Positions 1 to 8,605 of a DNA stretch of 64,000 nucleotides are shown one piece after another. The notes beneath the pieces are model-generated. The model saw only the letters and a program-made list of their open reading frames with translations. It did no database searches and was not told the origin of the DNA. Each line of letters starts with the position of its first letter. Position 1 is the first letter of the stretch. Source of the stretch: Myxococcota bacterium (lineage in GTDB: Bacteria > Myxococcota_A > Polyangia > Nannocystales > Nannocystaceae); contig JBCCHT010000007.1 in assembly GCA_039028615.1 (NCBI GenBank), forward strand, positions 231,405-295,404, read 5' to 3'. The position numbers and the translations under genes were made by a program.

Positions 1-1868
1 ACCGCGGCCTGAACCCGGCTGTCGGGAGAGCCCGACTTCTCGCGGAACTTGTCGGCGGCCGCCGGCACCGAGCCGGGCAGGTCGCCCTCGAGGTGCTCCT
101 TCCACAGCGCCTCGCGCATCTTCTTGCCGAAGGCCTTGTCGTACACGGCCACGCTGAGCTCGGTGTCGGGGGCACTGCCGCGCCCGGTCGTGAACACCTT
201 GCTCAGGTCGGTGACGCCGAGCAGCGAGATGCCGCCCGCGTTGGCCGAGCCGATGAGCGACCAGCGATCGTCGACGATGAGGCACTTGGAGTGGATGTAG
301 ATCTGCGCCGAGTCCTTGCCGAACTCCTCGATGTCCGCGTCGGACAGCGCGACGTTGTCCTGCCGCGACGCAGGCAGCGGCGCCACGGCGCAGTACATGC
401 CGAACTGATCTGCGCTCTTGGTCTGCGCGATGACCCGGTCCACGTGCGGGCGCAGGTCGATGTCCTGGTCGGTGCCGTAGCCCGCCGCATCGAGCGGACG
501 CCGCGGCAGCATGATCACGATGCGGAAGTCGGGGTTGTCGGCGTTCCGCTTCATCGACTCGACCAGCTCGGCCCAGATGTGCTCGTCGCTGATCCACTGG
601 TTTTCGAGGTAGATGTACTCGCGCGCGGCCCGAATCGCGATGAGGTACGCGTCCTTGCAGGAGCGCTCCCAGGTCTCGTCGGTGAGGTTCCATTCGGGCT
701 TCTGCTCGTCCCGGGTGTAGCGCCCGGCCGGCATCGAGCGCACGACCTGGATCTTGGTCCCCGACAGGTTCGGCACGGAGTCGATGCCACACTTGTCGAC
801 CAGCTCGGAGGTTCCCTCTTCGTCGTCGTCGCGAACGTGGATGTCGTCGGTGTTGCGCATCCGGTCTTGGTAGACCTGCGGATCGATGGTGATGCGCGAA
901 AATTTGTGACGGTCGTCGCCGTCGTCGGCCACCACGTTGAAGTTGAGCTCCTTGAACTCGCGGCGCACCAGCTGCTTGCCCTTGCGAACGTAGCGGCTGG
1001 TGACCTTCTCGACCCGCGACATGTCCTTGTACAGGACCCCGTGGTTCCAGCGAGCGTGGAAGTTGTCGAGCACGAACTGCACCGCGGGCCCTTCGACCTT
1101 GCACTGCACGTCGTGCCAGAAGTGCTCGGGCAGCGAGTAGCGGCGGTCGTCTTGCGGGCCGTAGGGCTCGTAGACCTCGTAGGTCTCGACGTCGTCGTAG
1201 GTGAACCAGCGGCTGACGATCCGCTCGTTCTCCATCTTGCCTGGCGCCGCGGCGGGAATCTCGTGGTCGATGTTGTCCCAGCGGTCGCCGTCGACGAGGG
1301 TGAGGTCGATGCCGCCCACGAACGCGATCTTCTTGTCGATGATCACCGTCTTTTGGTGATGCGTGGACATGAACACGCCCTGGTGGACATCGGTTCGGCA
1401 CATCACGTTGGGATAGTCGGCCAGCCCCGTGAACAGGTCGGAAGTCTCGGGCAAGTACCAGTCGAGGTGCCCCGCCTTCTTGATCGCCCCGCGAATGGGA
1501 TTGACCGTCGTCCACTCGTTCTTCCAGAACTGATTGACGAGCAGGTAGACCTTCACTCCGCGCTGGGCCAGCCCGCGCAGTGTATTGAGCAGGTTGTCGG
1601 GGTGATCGAGGTCGGCGTTCGCACTGCCCCCGCCCCGGATCAGCCGCCACGTGGGCTGGAAGTGCAGCCCCGTCAGCATGACCTCCTCGGTGGCGGTCGC
1701 GAGCGCAGCGTGCAGGGACTTGCCGTAGTCGTCGCCGTCGACCAGCAGCTCGATCGTGTTGTCCCCGGTGACCGGCAGGTAGTCGACGAACCACTGTCGC
1801 GGAGGCTGGCGCAGCACGTTGGTCGACCGCCGTGCGACGGGGTGATTGGTCTTGGTCTCGTCTACCAT
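1..1868 (-). CDS. Phospholipase D family protein with two HKD motifs; 3' end runs off the window
   Basis: Absent from the ORF track because it is open at the window edge. Spot translation of the minus strand from ATG 1868 gives MVDETKTNHP...ELLVDGDDYGKSL, then STHHQKTVIIDKKIAFVGGIDLT (about 1310-1367), HFWHDVQCKVEGPAV, QIYIHSKCLIVDDRWSLIGSAN (about 240-305) and MREALWKEHLEG. These are the typical PLD signatures. ORF 93..1970(+) is its antisense shadow. Confidence 0.9.
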   Translation of the reverse strand, partial: MVDETKTNHPVARRSTNVLRQPPRQWFVDYLPVTGDNTIELLVDGDDYGKSLHAALATATEEVMLTGLHFQPTWRLIRGGGSANADLDHPDNLLNTLRGLAQRGVKVYLLVNQFWKNEWTTVNPIRGAIKKAGHLDWYLPETSDLFTGLADYPNVMCRTDVHQGVFMSTHHQKTVIIDKKIAFVGGIDLTLVDGDRWDNIDHEIPAAAPGKMENERIVSRWFTYDDVETYEVYEPYGPQDDRRYSLPEHFWHDVQCKVEGPAVQFVLDNFHARWNHGVLYKDMSRVEKVTSRYVRKGKQLVRREFKELNFNVVADDGDDRHKFSRITIDPQVYQDRMRNTDDIHVRDDDEEGTSELVDKCGIDSVPNLSGTKIQVVRSMPAGRYTRDEQKPEWNLTDETWERSCKDAYLIAIRAAREYIYLENQWISDEHIWAELVESMKRNADNPDFRIVIMLPRRPLDAAGYGTDQDIDLRPHVDRVIAQTKSADQFGMYCAVAPLPASRQDNVALSDADIEEFGKDSAQIYIHSKCLIVDDRWSLIGSANAGGISLLGVTDLSKVFTTGRGSAPDTELSVAVYDKAFGKKMREALWKEHLEGDLPGSVPAAADKFREKSGSPDSRVQAA

Positions 1869-1966
1869 CGGCTCTGTCCGGCCCCGCAAAGGCCGTCGCT
1901 CATCGTATCGCTCCTCGACGCGCCTGACCACGGGCCAACTCGCGCCCTGCTAGCCTTGGCCTCGGC

Positions 1967-3733
1967 ATGACGGTCGATGTGGCGGCATGGATCTTGATAG
2001 CGCTCGTCGCCGGGCTGCTCATCGTCCACCGCAACCTCGTCCGCGCCCTGTGGTTCCGCACCGAGGACCCTCGACCGGTCGCGCTGTTTCGCATCGCCAC
2101 AGGAGCGCTCGTACTGGCGTGGCTCGTCGACCTGGCGCCTCTGTACGACTACTTGTTCACCCCCCAGGGCCTCGTCGACGGCCCCGAGGCCCACCGACGC
2201 TGGGGCCGCATGGGTCCCGTCTCACCGCTCTACGTGCGGGACGACTCCGCCTTCGTGCACGCCTACCTGGGGGCTTTAGGCATCAGTGCCGCCGCGTTGA
2301 TGGTGGGTTTTTGTACCCCGGTGAGCGCATGGCTGACGTGGGGCTTGTTCGTCGGCCTGCTCGGTCGCAACGGGGTTTTCACGGGCGGCGAGCAGATCTT
2401 CACCTGCTTCCTGTTCTATCTGAGCCTGTCGCGCTGCGGTCATGCCTTCAGTGTGGACGCCTGGCTTCATCGGCGGCGCGGCGGACAGCCCCGCACCATC
2501 CCTGCGTGGCCGCGCAACCTGATGCTGCTGCAGATGCTCGGAGTGCTGTGCGCCAACGGCTTCGCCAAGTACGGCCGCAGCTGGCAGCAGGGCGACACGC
2601 TGCACTTCGTCCTCAACCATCCGCACTTTCGCGCATTCGAGGCGTACGGCATCTCGGCCTTGCTCGGGACCACCGCCCTGCGATGGATGACGTGGATCAC
2701 CCACGCCTTCGAGATCTTGTTCTTCCTCGTGCTCGTGGGCGTCGTCGTGAAGCTCGTGCGGAGCCACCCGGTGGAGCCTCCCCGGGGACGTGCGCGCTGG
2801 CTGGGTCGCGCCCTCGGGGTCGCCATCGGCATGGACATCGTCGTGCTCGCGAACCTTCGCCTCACCGATTCCGCCCGAGCCTCGATGTCGTGGAGCTTCG
2901 CGATCGCCCTGGGGGTCGTCATTGCGCTCGGACCCGTGGTCCTCCGGGTCGCCCGACGCCTACCGCCCGTGGTGCTGCGCTGGGCATTGGGGCGTCGGGT
3001 CTGGGTTTCGCTGTGGCTGTTGTTCACCGCGCAGCTGGTCTTCGTCTTGCGCATCGGGTGGTTCACCGCGCTGACGATGTGTGCCGCCGTGTTGATGTTC
3101 GAGGGAGAGGAGCTTGCCCGGGCCCTGGCACGCATCGGCATTCCCTTCGGGTCGACCCCCACCGAAGTGCCTCGTCCACCCCGCCCCTGGCGACGGCGCT
3201 TCATCGGGGCCTTGTGCGCGTTCCATGTCGTCGCCGCGGTCGCCCTGTGCTTGCCCGCCGAGCGCCCCGTCTCCCCGTGGCGCAAGGATCTCGAACGGCC
3301 GCTACGGCGATGGATCCGGCAGACCAACTACGCCCAGGTCTGGCGCATGTTCGCGCCGTCGGGCTCGATCCGAGTGCTCGACTTCGAGGCCGTGATGCGA
3401 GACGACAGCGGGCAGGTCCTGCCCCTTGGAGCCGGCATCGTCGCCCCCGAGCATCTCGCCTCGCGGTGGGGCTTGGACAAGCGAGAGAAGATTCGCCGCC
3501 GCCTCGGAAGCCCCAAGATCGGCCCCAACTACTGGCCCGCGCACGCGCGTTGGGTGTGCCGCCAGTTCGGCGCGCGTGTCGATGGCCCCTCGGTCGTCGA
3601 GCTGTACCGCACCCTCACCCCCATCCCCACGCCGCGAGCACTGCAGACACTCGGCGTCGAGCAGGCGGTCGCCCAAGCCGAAGCCTCTCGCGAACGAATC
3701 TTGGTGTTCTCCGAGACCTGCAGTCCCAACTGA
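1967..3733 (+). CDS. HTTM-domain (gamma-carboxylase-like/SdpB-like) multipass membrane protein with a C-terminal QxWxMFAP domain
   Basis: Many hydrophobic helices. Motifs ALFRI, GGEQ, FSVDAW, PAWP...LLQ, GFAK...W..G and C-terminal YAQVWRMFAP. Confidence 0.75.
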   Translation: MTVDVAAWILIALVAGLLIVHRNLVRALWFRTEDPRPVALFRIATGALVLAWLVDLAPLYDYLFTPQGLVDGPEAHRRWGRMGPVSPLYVRDDSAFVHAYLGALGISAAALMVGFCTPVSAWLTWGLFVGLLGRNGVFTGGEQIFTCFLFYLSLSRCGHAFSVDAWLHRRRGGQPRTIPAWPRNLMLLQMLGVLCANGFAKYGRSWQQGDTLHFVLNHPHFRAFEAYGISALLGTTALRWMTWITHAFEILFFLVLVGVVVKLVRSHPVEPPRGRARWLGRALGVAIGMDIVVLANLRLTDSARASMSWSFAIALGVVIALGPVVLRVARRLPPVVLRWALGRRVWVSLWLLFTAQLVFVLRIGWFTALTMCAAVLMFEGEELARALARIGIPFGSTPTEVPRPPRPWRRRFIGALCAFHVVAAVALCLPAERPVSPWRKDLERPLRRWIRQTNYAQVWRMFAPSGSIRVLDFEAVMRDDSGQVLPLGAGIVAPEHLASRWGLDKREKIRRRLGSPKIGPNYWPAHARWVCRQFGARVDGPSVVELYRTLTPIPTPRALQTLGVEQAVAQAEASRERILVFSETCSPN

Positions 3734-3810
3734 GTCACTCGCCCCCACTGGCACATTTTCTCCCACTGCACGCCTCGGCTTTTTCCCGCTACGGTCTTCG
3801 CGTTCTCTCG

Positions 3811-4824
3811 ATGGTCAGTAGCAATCGGATCACCGTGCCCCACGACCGTCTGGTCAAGTGGGTCTTCACTCGCCCCGAGGCGGCCGCCGTGCAGCTACGG
3901 CAGGCGCTTCCGTCCGTGCTCGTCGATCGGCTCGACTGGAGCACGATCGCCGTGCAACCGGGGTCCTACGTCGACCAGGAGCTCGAAGAGCGACACAGCG
4001 ATGTCTTGTATTCGGTGAACTTCCGCGAGTCCTCGAGCTCCGCTCTCGTGTACGTCCTCGCCGAGCATCAATCGTCGCCCGACCGCATGATGGCCTGGCG
4101 GTTGTTCGAGTACTCGAGCCGCGTGTGGTCCCGCTACGTTCGGCAGCAACCCGAGCCCGTGCGACACCTGCCGCTGCTCATCCCGTTGTTGCTGTACCAG
4201 GGGCCGAACGGCTGCACCCAGCCCCGACGCCTCTCCGAACTCATCGACATGCCCGACTCCTTGCGGGGGTGCTTCGAGTCGCCGATCGAGCTTTCGTTCG
4301 AAGTCGATGAGTTCAACGCCTCGGTGTTGTCCGATCGGCGAGGCCGCGATGGAATCGCCGCCCTCGTGGAGATTGCCCGCAGTCTCTTGCGTCTGGCGTT
4401 TCATCCCAACGAGATCACTCGAGAGCGTCTAGCGCCTCTTGCGCCTCTTTTCGACGAGGTCATGTCGGCGCTCGGCGTCGACGACATCCACGCGCTGTGG
4501 ACCTACGTCATCAGCGTTTTCCCTCCCCAATCACCGATGCGCAGTATACTGAGCACGATCACCAGCCCGGAGCAGCAACACATGTACGCCACGATCTACG
4601 ACGAAGCCATCGCGAAGGGTATCGCCAAAGGCGTAGAGCAGGGCAGAGTTCGTACCCAGGTCGCGATGGTGCTTCGGGTGCTGGACAAGCGTGGGCTGGC
4701 GCTTTCCGACGCACAGCGACAACGCGTGCAGGCGTGCTCGGACGAGACCCAGCTCGACGAGTGGTTCGACCGCGCCCTCACGGCGACGACCGCCGACGAG
4801 GTCTTCAGCCCGGCCGGCGAGTAG
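3811..4824 (+). CDS. Rpn family recombination-promoting nuclease / YhgA-like (PD-(D/E)xK) protein
   Basis: Corresponds to the C-terminal part of track ORF 1987..4824. Motifs PHDRLVK, LDWSTI...GSYVD..L.ERHSDVLY, LAEHQSSPD..MAWR, LPLLIPLLLYQG and the tail AKGIAKGVEQG...QLDEWFDRALTA. Confidence 0.88.
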   Translation: MVSSNRITVPHDRLVKWVFTRPEAAAVQLRQALPSVLVDRLDWSTIAVQPGSYVDQELEERHSDVLYSVNFRESSSSALVYVLAEHQSSPDRMMAWRLFEYSSRVWSRYVRQQPEPVRHLPLLIPLLLYQGPNGCTQPRRLSELIDMPDSLRGCFESPIELSFEVDEFNASVLSDRRGRDGIAALVEIARSLLRLAFHPNEITRERLAPLAPLFDEVMSALGVDDIHALWTYVISVFPPQSPMRSILSTITSPEQQHMYATIYDEAIAKGIAKGVEQGRVRTQVAMVLRVLDKRGLALSDAQRQRVQACSDETQLDEWFDRALTATTADEVFSPAGE

Positions 4825-4902
4825 CTCACCCCACGATCGCAAAACGGGCTCGGCAGCGCGTGTGCGCCGGCGAGCCCGCTTCGTCCCGAACGCGAAACAG
4901 CG

Positions 4903-7026
4903 TCAGTTGTTCGTGGGCAGGAACGAGTAGCGGTCGGCGTACTCGAGCATCTGCAGCACGAAGTTGTCGGGATATTCGACCTTCACGTCGACGATCTCGC
5001 CGCCCTCGGTCACGGGGACGAGCCGGGGGTTGATGAATCCGGCGTAGGGCGCGATGGACAGCGACTCGTACCGCTTCAGGACCTGCTCGTGGATCGTGCG
5101 GTCGACCTTGACGCCGTAGTCCTCGACCAGCTTGCGACCCGCTTGGTAGTCGCCCTCGGACTTGATTCGCTGGACCTCGCGGAGCAGCTGGCCGAACAAC
5201 TCACGGAGCTTCACGTAGTCGTTGACCACGAAGTAGGTCTTGCCGTCACGCTCGACCTGCTCGACGACGTTGTCCTTCTTGCCCTTCTGAAACACCCACT
5301 GGGCGATCATCTGGCGGTTGCGCATGTGGGCCTCTTCGAGGTCCTCGCCCAGCTCGAGGCGGGCCAGCTGCACGAGCATGCCGTTGCGGATGTAGTCGTC
5401 GTAGCCGGCCATGCCCACCTCGAGGCTCGGCATGACGCCGATCTCGATGAGCTTGGGATCGAGCATGTAGTAGAGCGCTACGAGGTCGGCTCGCCCCTCC
5501 TCGAGGGTGGAGGCGTAGCTCTTGAGCGTCTCCTTCGGGGTCCCTACGCCCTTTTTGATCGCGCCCGAGGCATGGCCGATGACCTCGTGCATGTCGGTGT
5601 GCAGGGTGTCGGCGAGCCCGTTGTACTGCCGTGCCCGCGAGACCTCCTCCTCGGAGGCGGCGAACTCCTCGAGCACGCCCGTTTGCTTGCTCGACTCTTC
5701 GTAGGCGGCAACGATGTTGCCCAGGTTGACCGACTTGGAGCCGTGCTGAGCGCGGATCCAGTTGGCGTTGGGCAGGTTGATGCCGATCGGCGTACTGGGC
5801 GAGGCGTCACCCGACTCGACGACGACGGTGATCACCTTGGCGGAGATGCCCTTGACGTCCTTCTTCTTGTAGGCGTCGGGAATCGAGCTGTTGTCCTCGA
5901 ACCACTGCGCCTCGCGGCTGATGGCGTCGATGCGCTTGCTCGACTCCATGTCGCGAATGGACACCACCGACTCGAACGCGCCACGGTACCCGAGGGGGTC
6001 GCCGTAGACCTCGATGAAACCGTTGACGACGTCGATCCGCGAGCCGGTGTCCTTGACCCACGCGATGGAGTAGTCGTCGAAGGCCCGTAGGTCGCCGGTC
6101 TCGTAGTAGACCACCAGCTTCTCGAGCGCATCCCGCTGCGCGTCGTTCTCGGCCACGGTGGCGGCCAGCTTCAGCCAGTCGACGATCTCGGAGATGGCCT
6201 CGCCATAGAGCCCGTCCGCCTTCCAGACCCTCTCGACCAGCTTGCCCTTGTTCTTGACCAGCTGCGAGTTGAGGCCCCACGAGATGGGCCGCGGGTCTTT
6301 TTTGTCGATCTTGCGCCCGTAGAAGCGCTCGACGTCCTTCTGGGTGACGCCAGGCCCGTAGAAGTTGGTCGCGGAGGCGACCACCATGTCCTGCTTGGAG
6401 TCGAGGACGACGCGCTTGGGGTCGACCTTGGGGTCGAAGAGGATCGGAGTGAGCTCGTCGATGAGCTGGTCGGCGGTCTGCCCCTTGTCCAGCGGCAAGG
6501 TGCTGGCCTTGGTTCCCCGCACCGCCGTGCCCAAGAACTCCTTGGAGAACTCGGGCACGATCTTCTTCATCGAGTAGTGGTGGTGGATCCCGTTGGAGAA
6601 CCACACCCGCTTGGCGTACACGGTCAGCGCGTCCCAGTCGGCGCCTTCACGCTCGCCCTCGTAGCCGCGCATGATGGCCTCGAGCGTTCGCCGGACCTTG
6701 AGGTTGTGCCGATTGTTCTGGTCCCAGATGATGTCGCGCCCGCACAGCGCCGCCTGATAGAGGTAGTAGGCGAGCTTCTTTTCCTGGAGCGACAGCTCGT
6801 TGAACCCGGGAATCCGGTACCGAAGCACGCGAATGTCGGCGAATTGGTCGACTTGCACCTGGAACTCGTGCGAGACGGCTTCGCCGACGACCGTCGACGG
6901 CGCTTCGGTGGGCGGCGGCGCGGGGCTCGTGGGGGTCTCGGTGGGAGGAGGCGCCGTGCTCTTACCCGGGCAAGCGGGGAGCGACAGCGCGGAGACGATG
7001 ACGAGAGCGCGACCAAGGCGACGCAT
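4903..7026 (-). CDS. Dipeptidyl peptidase III (peptidase M49), probable lipoprotein
   Basis: Hexapeptide HEVIGH, second motif EEGRAD, GINLPN and EEAHMRNRQ. Start moved to MRRLGRAL, which has a lipobox-like LPAC. Confidence 0.9.
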   Translation of the reverse strand: MRRLGRALVIVSALSLPACPGKSTAPPPTETPTSPAPPPTEAPSTVVGEAVSHEFQVQVDQFADIRVLRYRIPGFNELSLQEKKLAYYLYQAALCGRDIIWDQNNRHNLKVRRTLEAIMRGYEGEREGADWDALTVYAKRVWFSNGIHHHYSMKKIVPEFSKEFLGTAVRGTKASTLPLDKGQTADQLIDELTPILFDPKVDPKRVVLDSKQDMVVASATNFYGPGVTQKDVERFYGRKIDKKDPRPISWGLNSQLVKNKGKLVERVWKADGLYGEAISEIVDWLKLAATVAENDAQRDALEKLVVYYETGDLRAFDDYSIAWVKDTGSRIDVVNGFIEVYGDPLGYRGAFESVVSIRDMESSKRIDAISREAQWFEDNSSIPDAYKKKDVKGISAKVITVVVESGDASPSTPIGINLPNANWIRAQHGSKSVNLGNIVAAYEESSKQTGVLEEFAASEEEVSRARQYNGLADTLHTDMHEVIGHASGAIKKGVGTPKETLKSYASTLEEGRADLVALYYMLDPKLIEIGVMPSLEVGMAGYDDYIRNGMLVQLARLELGEDLEEAHMRNRQMIAQWVFQKGKKDNVVEQVERDGKTYFVVNDYVKLRELFGQLLREVQRIKSEGDYQAGRKLVEDYGVKVDRTIHEQVLKRYESLSIAPYAGFINPRLVPVTEGGEIVDVKVEYPDNFVLQMLEYADRYSFLPTNN

Positions 7027-7198
7027 GGCGCGTACGATGGCGCAGGGTCCCGAGCGCGCGCAACCCCGCCCATGCCCCCGTAGCGTGCGTAGGCGCCCAC
7101 ACGAACCCGAGCGTGGCCGGATCCCGGCCGCCGCCCGAGGGCGCGGTGGAGTGCACAACGATGCCCCCAACGGCGTACGACCGGGATAGACTTCGCCC

Positions 7199-8584
7199 AT
7201 GCGGATTGGTTCTCGGCGCTCCCGGATTCGCCATCTCGTGCTGCTCGCCACGGCGAGCGTGGCCCTGTCGGCGTGCGGACAAGACGACGACACCGGGCAA
7301 CAGCTGGCATCGCGCTGCGGCGAGCCGGGCCAGTGGTCCCTGACGCGAGTCCCGAGCGCGAGCAACGGCGGCGTGATCGGCCTGGTCGGCGACCACGTGG
7401 TCTCGTGGTCGAGCGACGGCGACATCACCATGCTGCACGGGTCCGATACCTGCGGCGAAGGTTCGGTGGACGTCGAGCTCGACGCGGCCGGACAGTTCGT
7501 TCACGTGGACGATCACGTGTTCGTGCTCGCGGACGCCAGCGCCGTACGCTTCGACCCCGCCAGCGGCAGCACGCACGCCGCGTTCGGGGCCGTCTTCCCG
7601 CAGATGCACGCCACGCCCGCGGGTCTGCTCGCGCTGGGCATCGGCGGCAAGCTGCTGCTGCATCCCAACCCGGCCGACCCCGCGGTCGAGGCCGAAGTGC
7701 TCTCCGAGGGCGTCGCGTGGCTGCCCCGCGCCGACGATGCGGACCCGCCCGGTTGGCCACACCTGTGGACCGACGGCAGCCAAACCTTCGCTCTGTCGGT
7801 CGACTTCGAACTGCTCCGCGTGCCCCTCGACGGCAGCGAGCCGGTCATCGAACTCGAAGAAGTCGAGGAGTTTCACATCGTCGATGGAGGTCGCAAGGTG
7901 CTGTGGCGAGGCCTCGGCGGCGCGATGCTGACGATGACCGACCTCGGCAGCGGCGAGGAGATCTTCACCATCGAGCAGAGCACGGGGCGCTGGAGCGCCA
8001 CCGAGGTCGGCCGATGGGTGCTGCTCACCACCGACAAGGGGCGCCTGCTGAACCTCGACGACGGCAGCGTCACCGAGCCCGTCGACTTCAACCCCACCGC
8101 GATCACGGACACGGGCACCGACAACGTGCTGCTCACGGGCATCGCCAATGGCTCGACCGCTCGCGGCTACTGGCTGCTCTCCCCCACTGGGACGCCCTCG
8201 ACGTTCCTGGCCCCGGATGCCTGCCTCGAGTTCGACTCTCAGGTCACGGCCGACGGCGTCATCATCCCGGAGGGGCCCTGCGATCCGAACACGGCGCTGT
8301 TCAACCCGCGCGACACCATGGCGCTGCATCCCTTCGCCGGGGGTGCCCCGCAGACGCTGGGCGAACGCTTCGGCTTCGACTACGCCGCCCTCCAGGACGG
8401 CTTCATCTTGTCGTGGAACGAGCGCGTGGGTACGGACGAAGGCGAGCTGACCGCGGACTCTCCGGCCGGAGACCCGATCATCATGGGCGACGGAGTCAGC
8501 CGCACCTTCCCCACCGTCGATGGCCTGGACGCCTACTTCTTCCGGCTCGGCGAGGGCGTGCAGCGCTTCGCCATCTCGGACTGA
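7199..8584 (+). CDS. Hypothetical lipoprotein, beta-strand-rich (possibly propeller-like)
   Basis: Basic N-terminus, hydrophobic core and lipobox LSAC, followed by an acidic natural-looking sequence with high GC3. Confidence 0.7.
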   Translation: MRIGSRRSRIRHLVLLATASVALSACGQDDDTGQQLASRCGEPGQWSLTRVPSASNGGVIGLVGDHVVSWSSDGDITMLHGSDTCGEGSVDVELDAAGQFVHVDDHVFVLADASAVRFDPASGSTHAAFGAVFPQMHATPAGLLALGIGGKLLLHPNPADPAVEAEVLSEGVAWLPRADDADPPGWPHLWTDGSQTFALSVDFELLRVPLDGSEPVIELEEVEEFHIVDGGRKVLWRGLGGAMLTMTDLGSGEEIFTIEQSTGRWSATEVGRWVLLTTDKGRLLNLDDGSVTEPVDFNPTAITDTGTDNVLLTGIANGSTARGYWLLSPTGTPSTFLAPDACLEFDSQVTADGVIIPEGPCDPNTALFNPRDTMALHPFAGGAPQTLGERFGFDYAALQDGFILSWNERVGTDEGELTADSPAGDPIIMGDGVSRTFPTVDGLDAYFFRLGEGVQRFAISD

Positions 8585-8605
8585 GCGAGCCCCGAGCGTC
8601 TCGGC

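Noticed and set aside
93..1970. 625-aa + strand ORF, and similar long ORFs such as 8618..10279, 21487..23598, 27145..28890, 53860..56097 and 59923..63036
   Set aside because: They are antisense shadows of genes with clear family motifs. Stops are rare on the opposite strand at this GC content.
1987..3810. N-terminal ~600 aa of the 945-aa ORF, suggesting a large Rpn fusion
   Set aside because: It is an Arg/Pro/Ala-rich off-frame overlap with the HTTM gene. Rpn similarity only begins near 3811.
3811..4824. rpn as an insertion sequence
   Set aside because: I saw no terminal inverted repeats or target duplication, and the family is not a demonstrated transposase.
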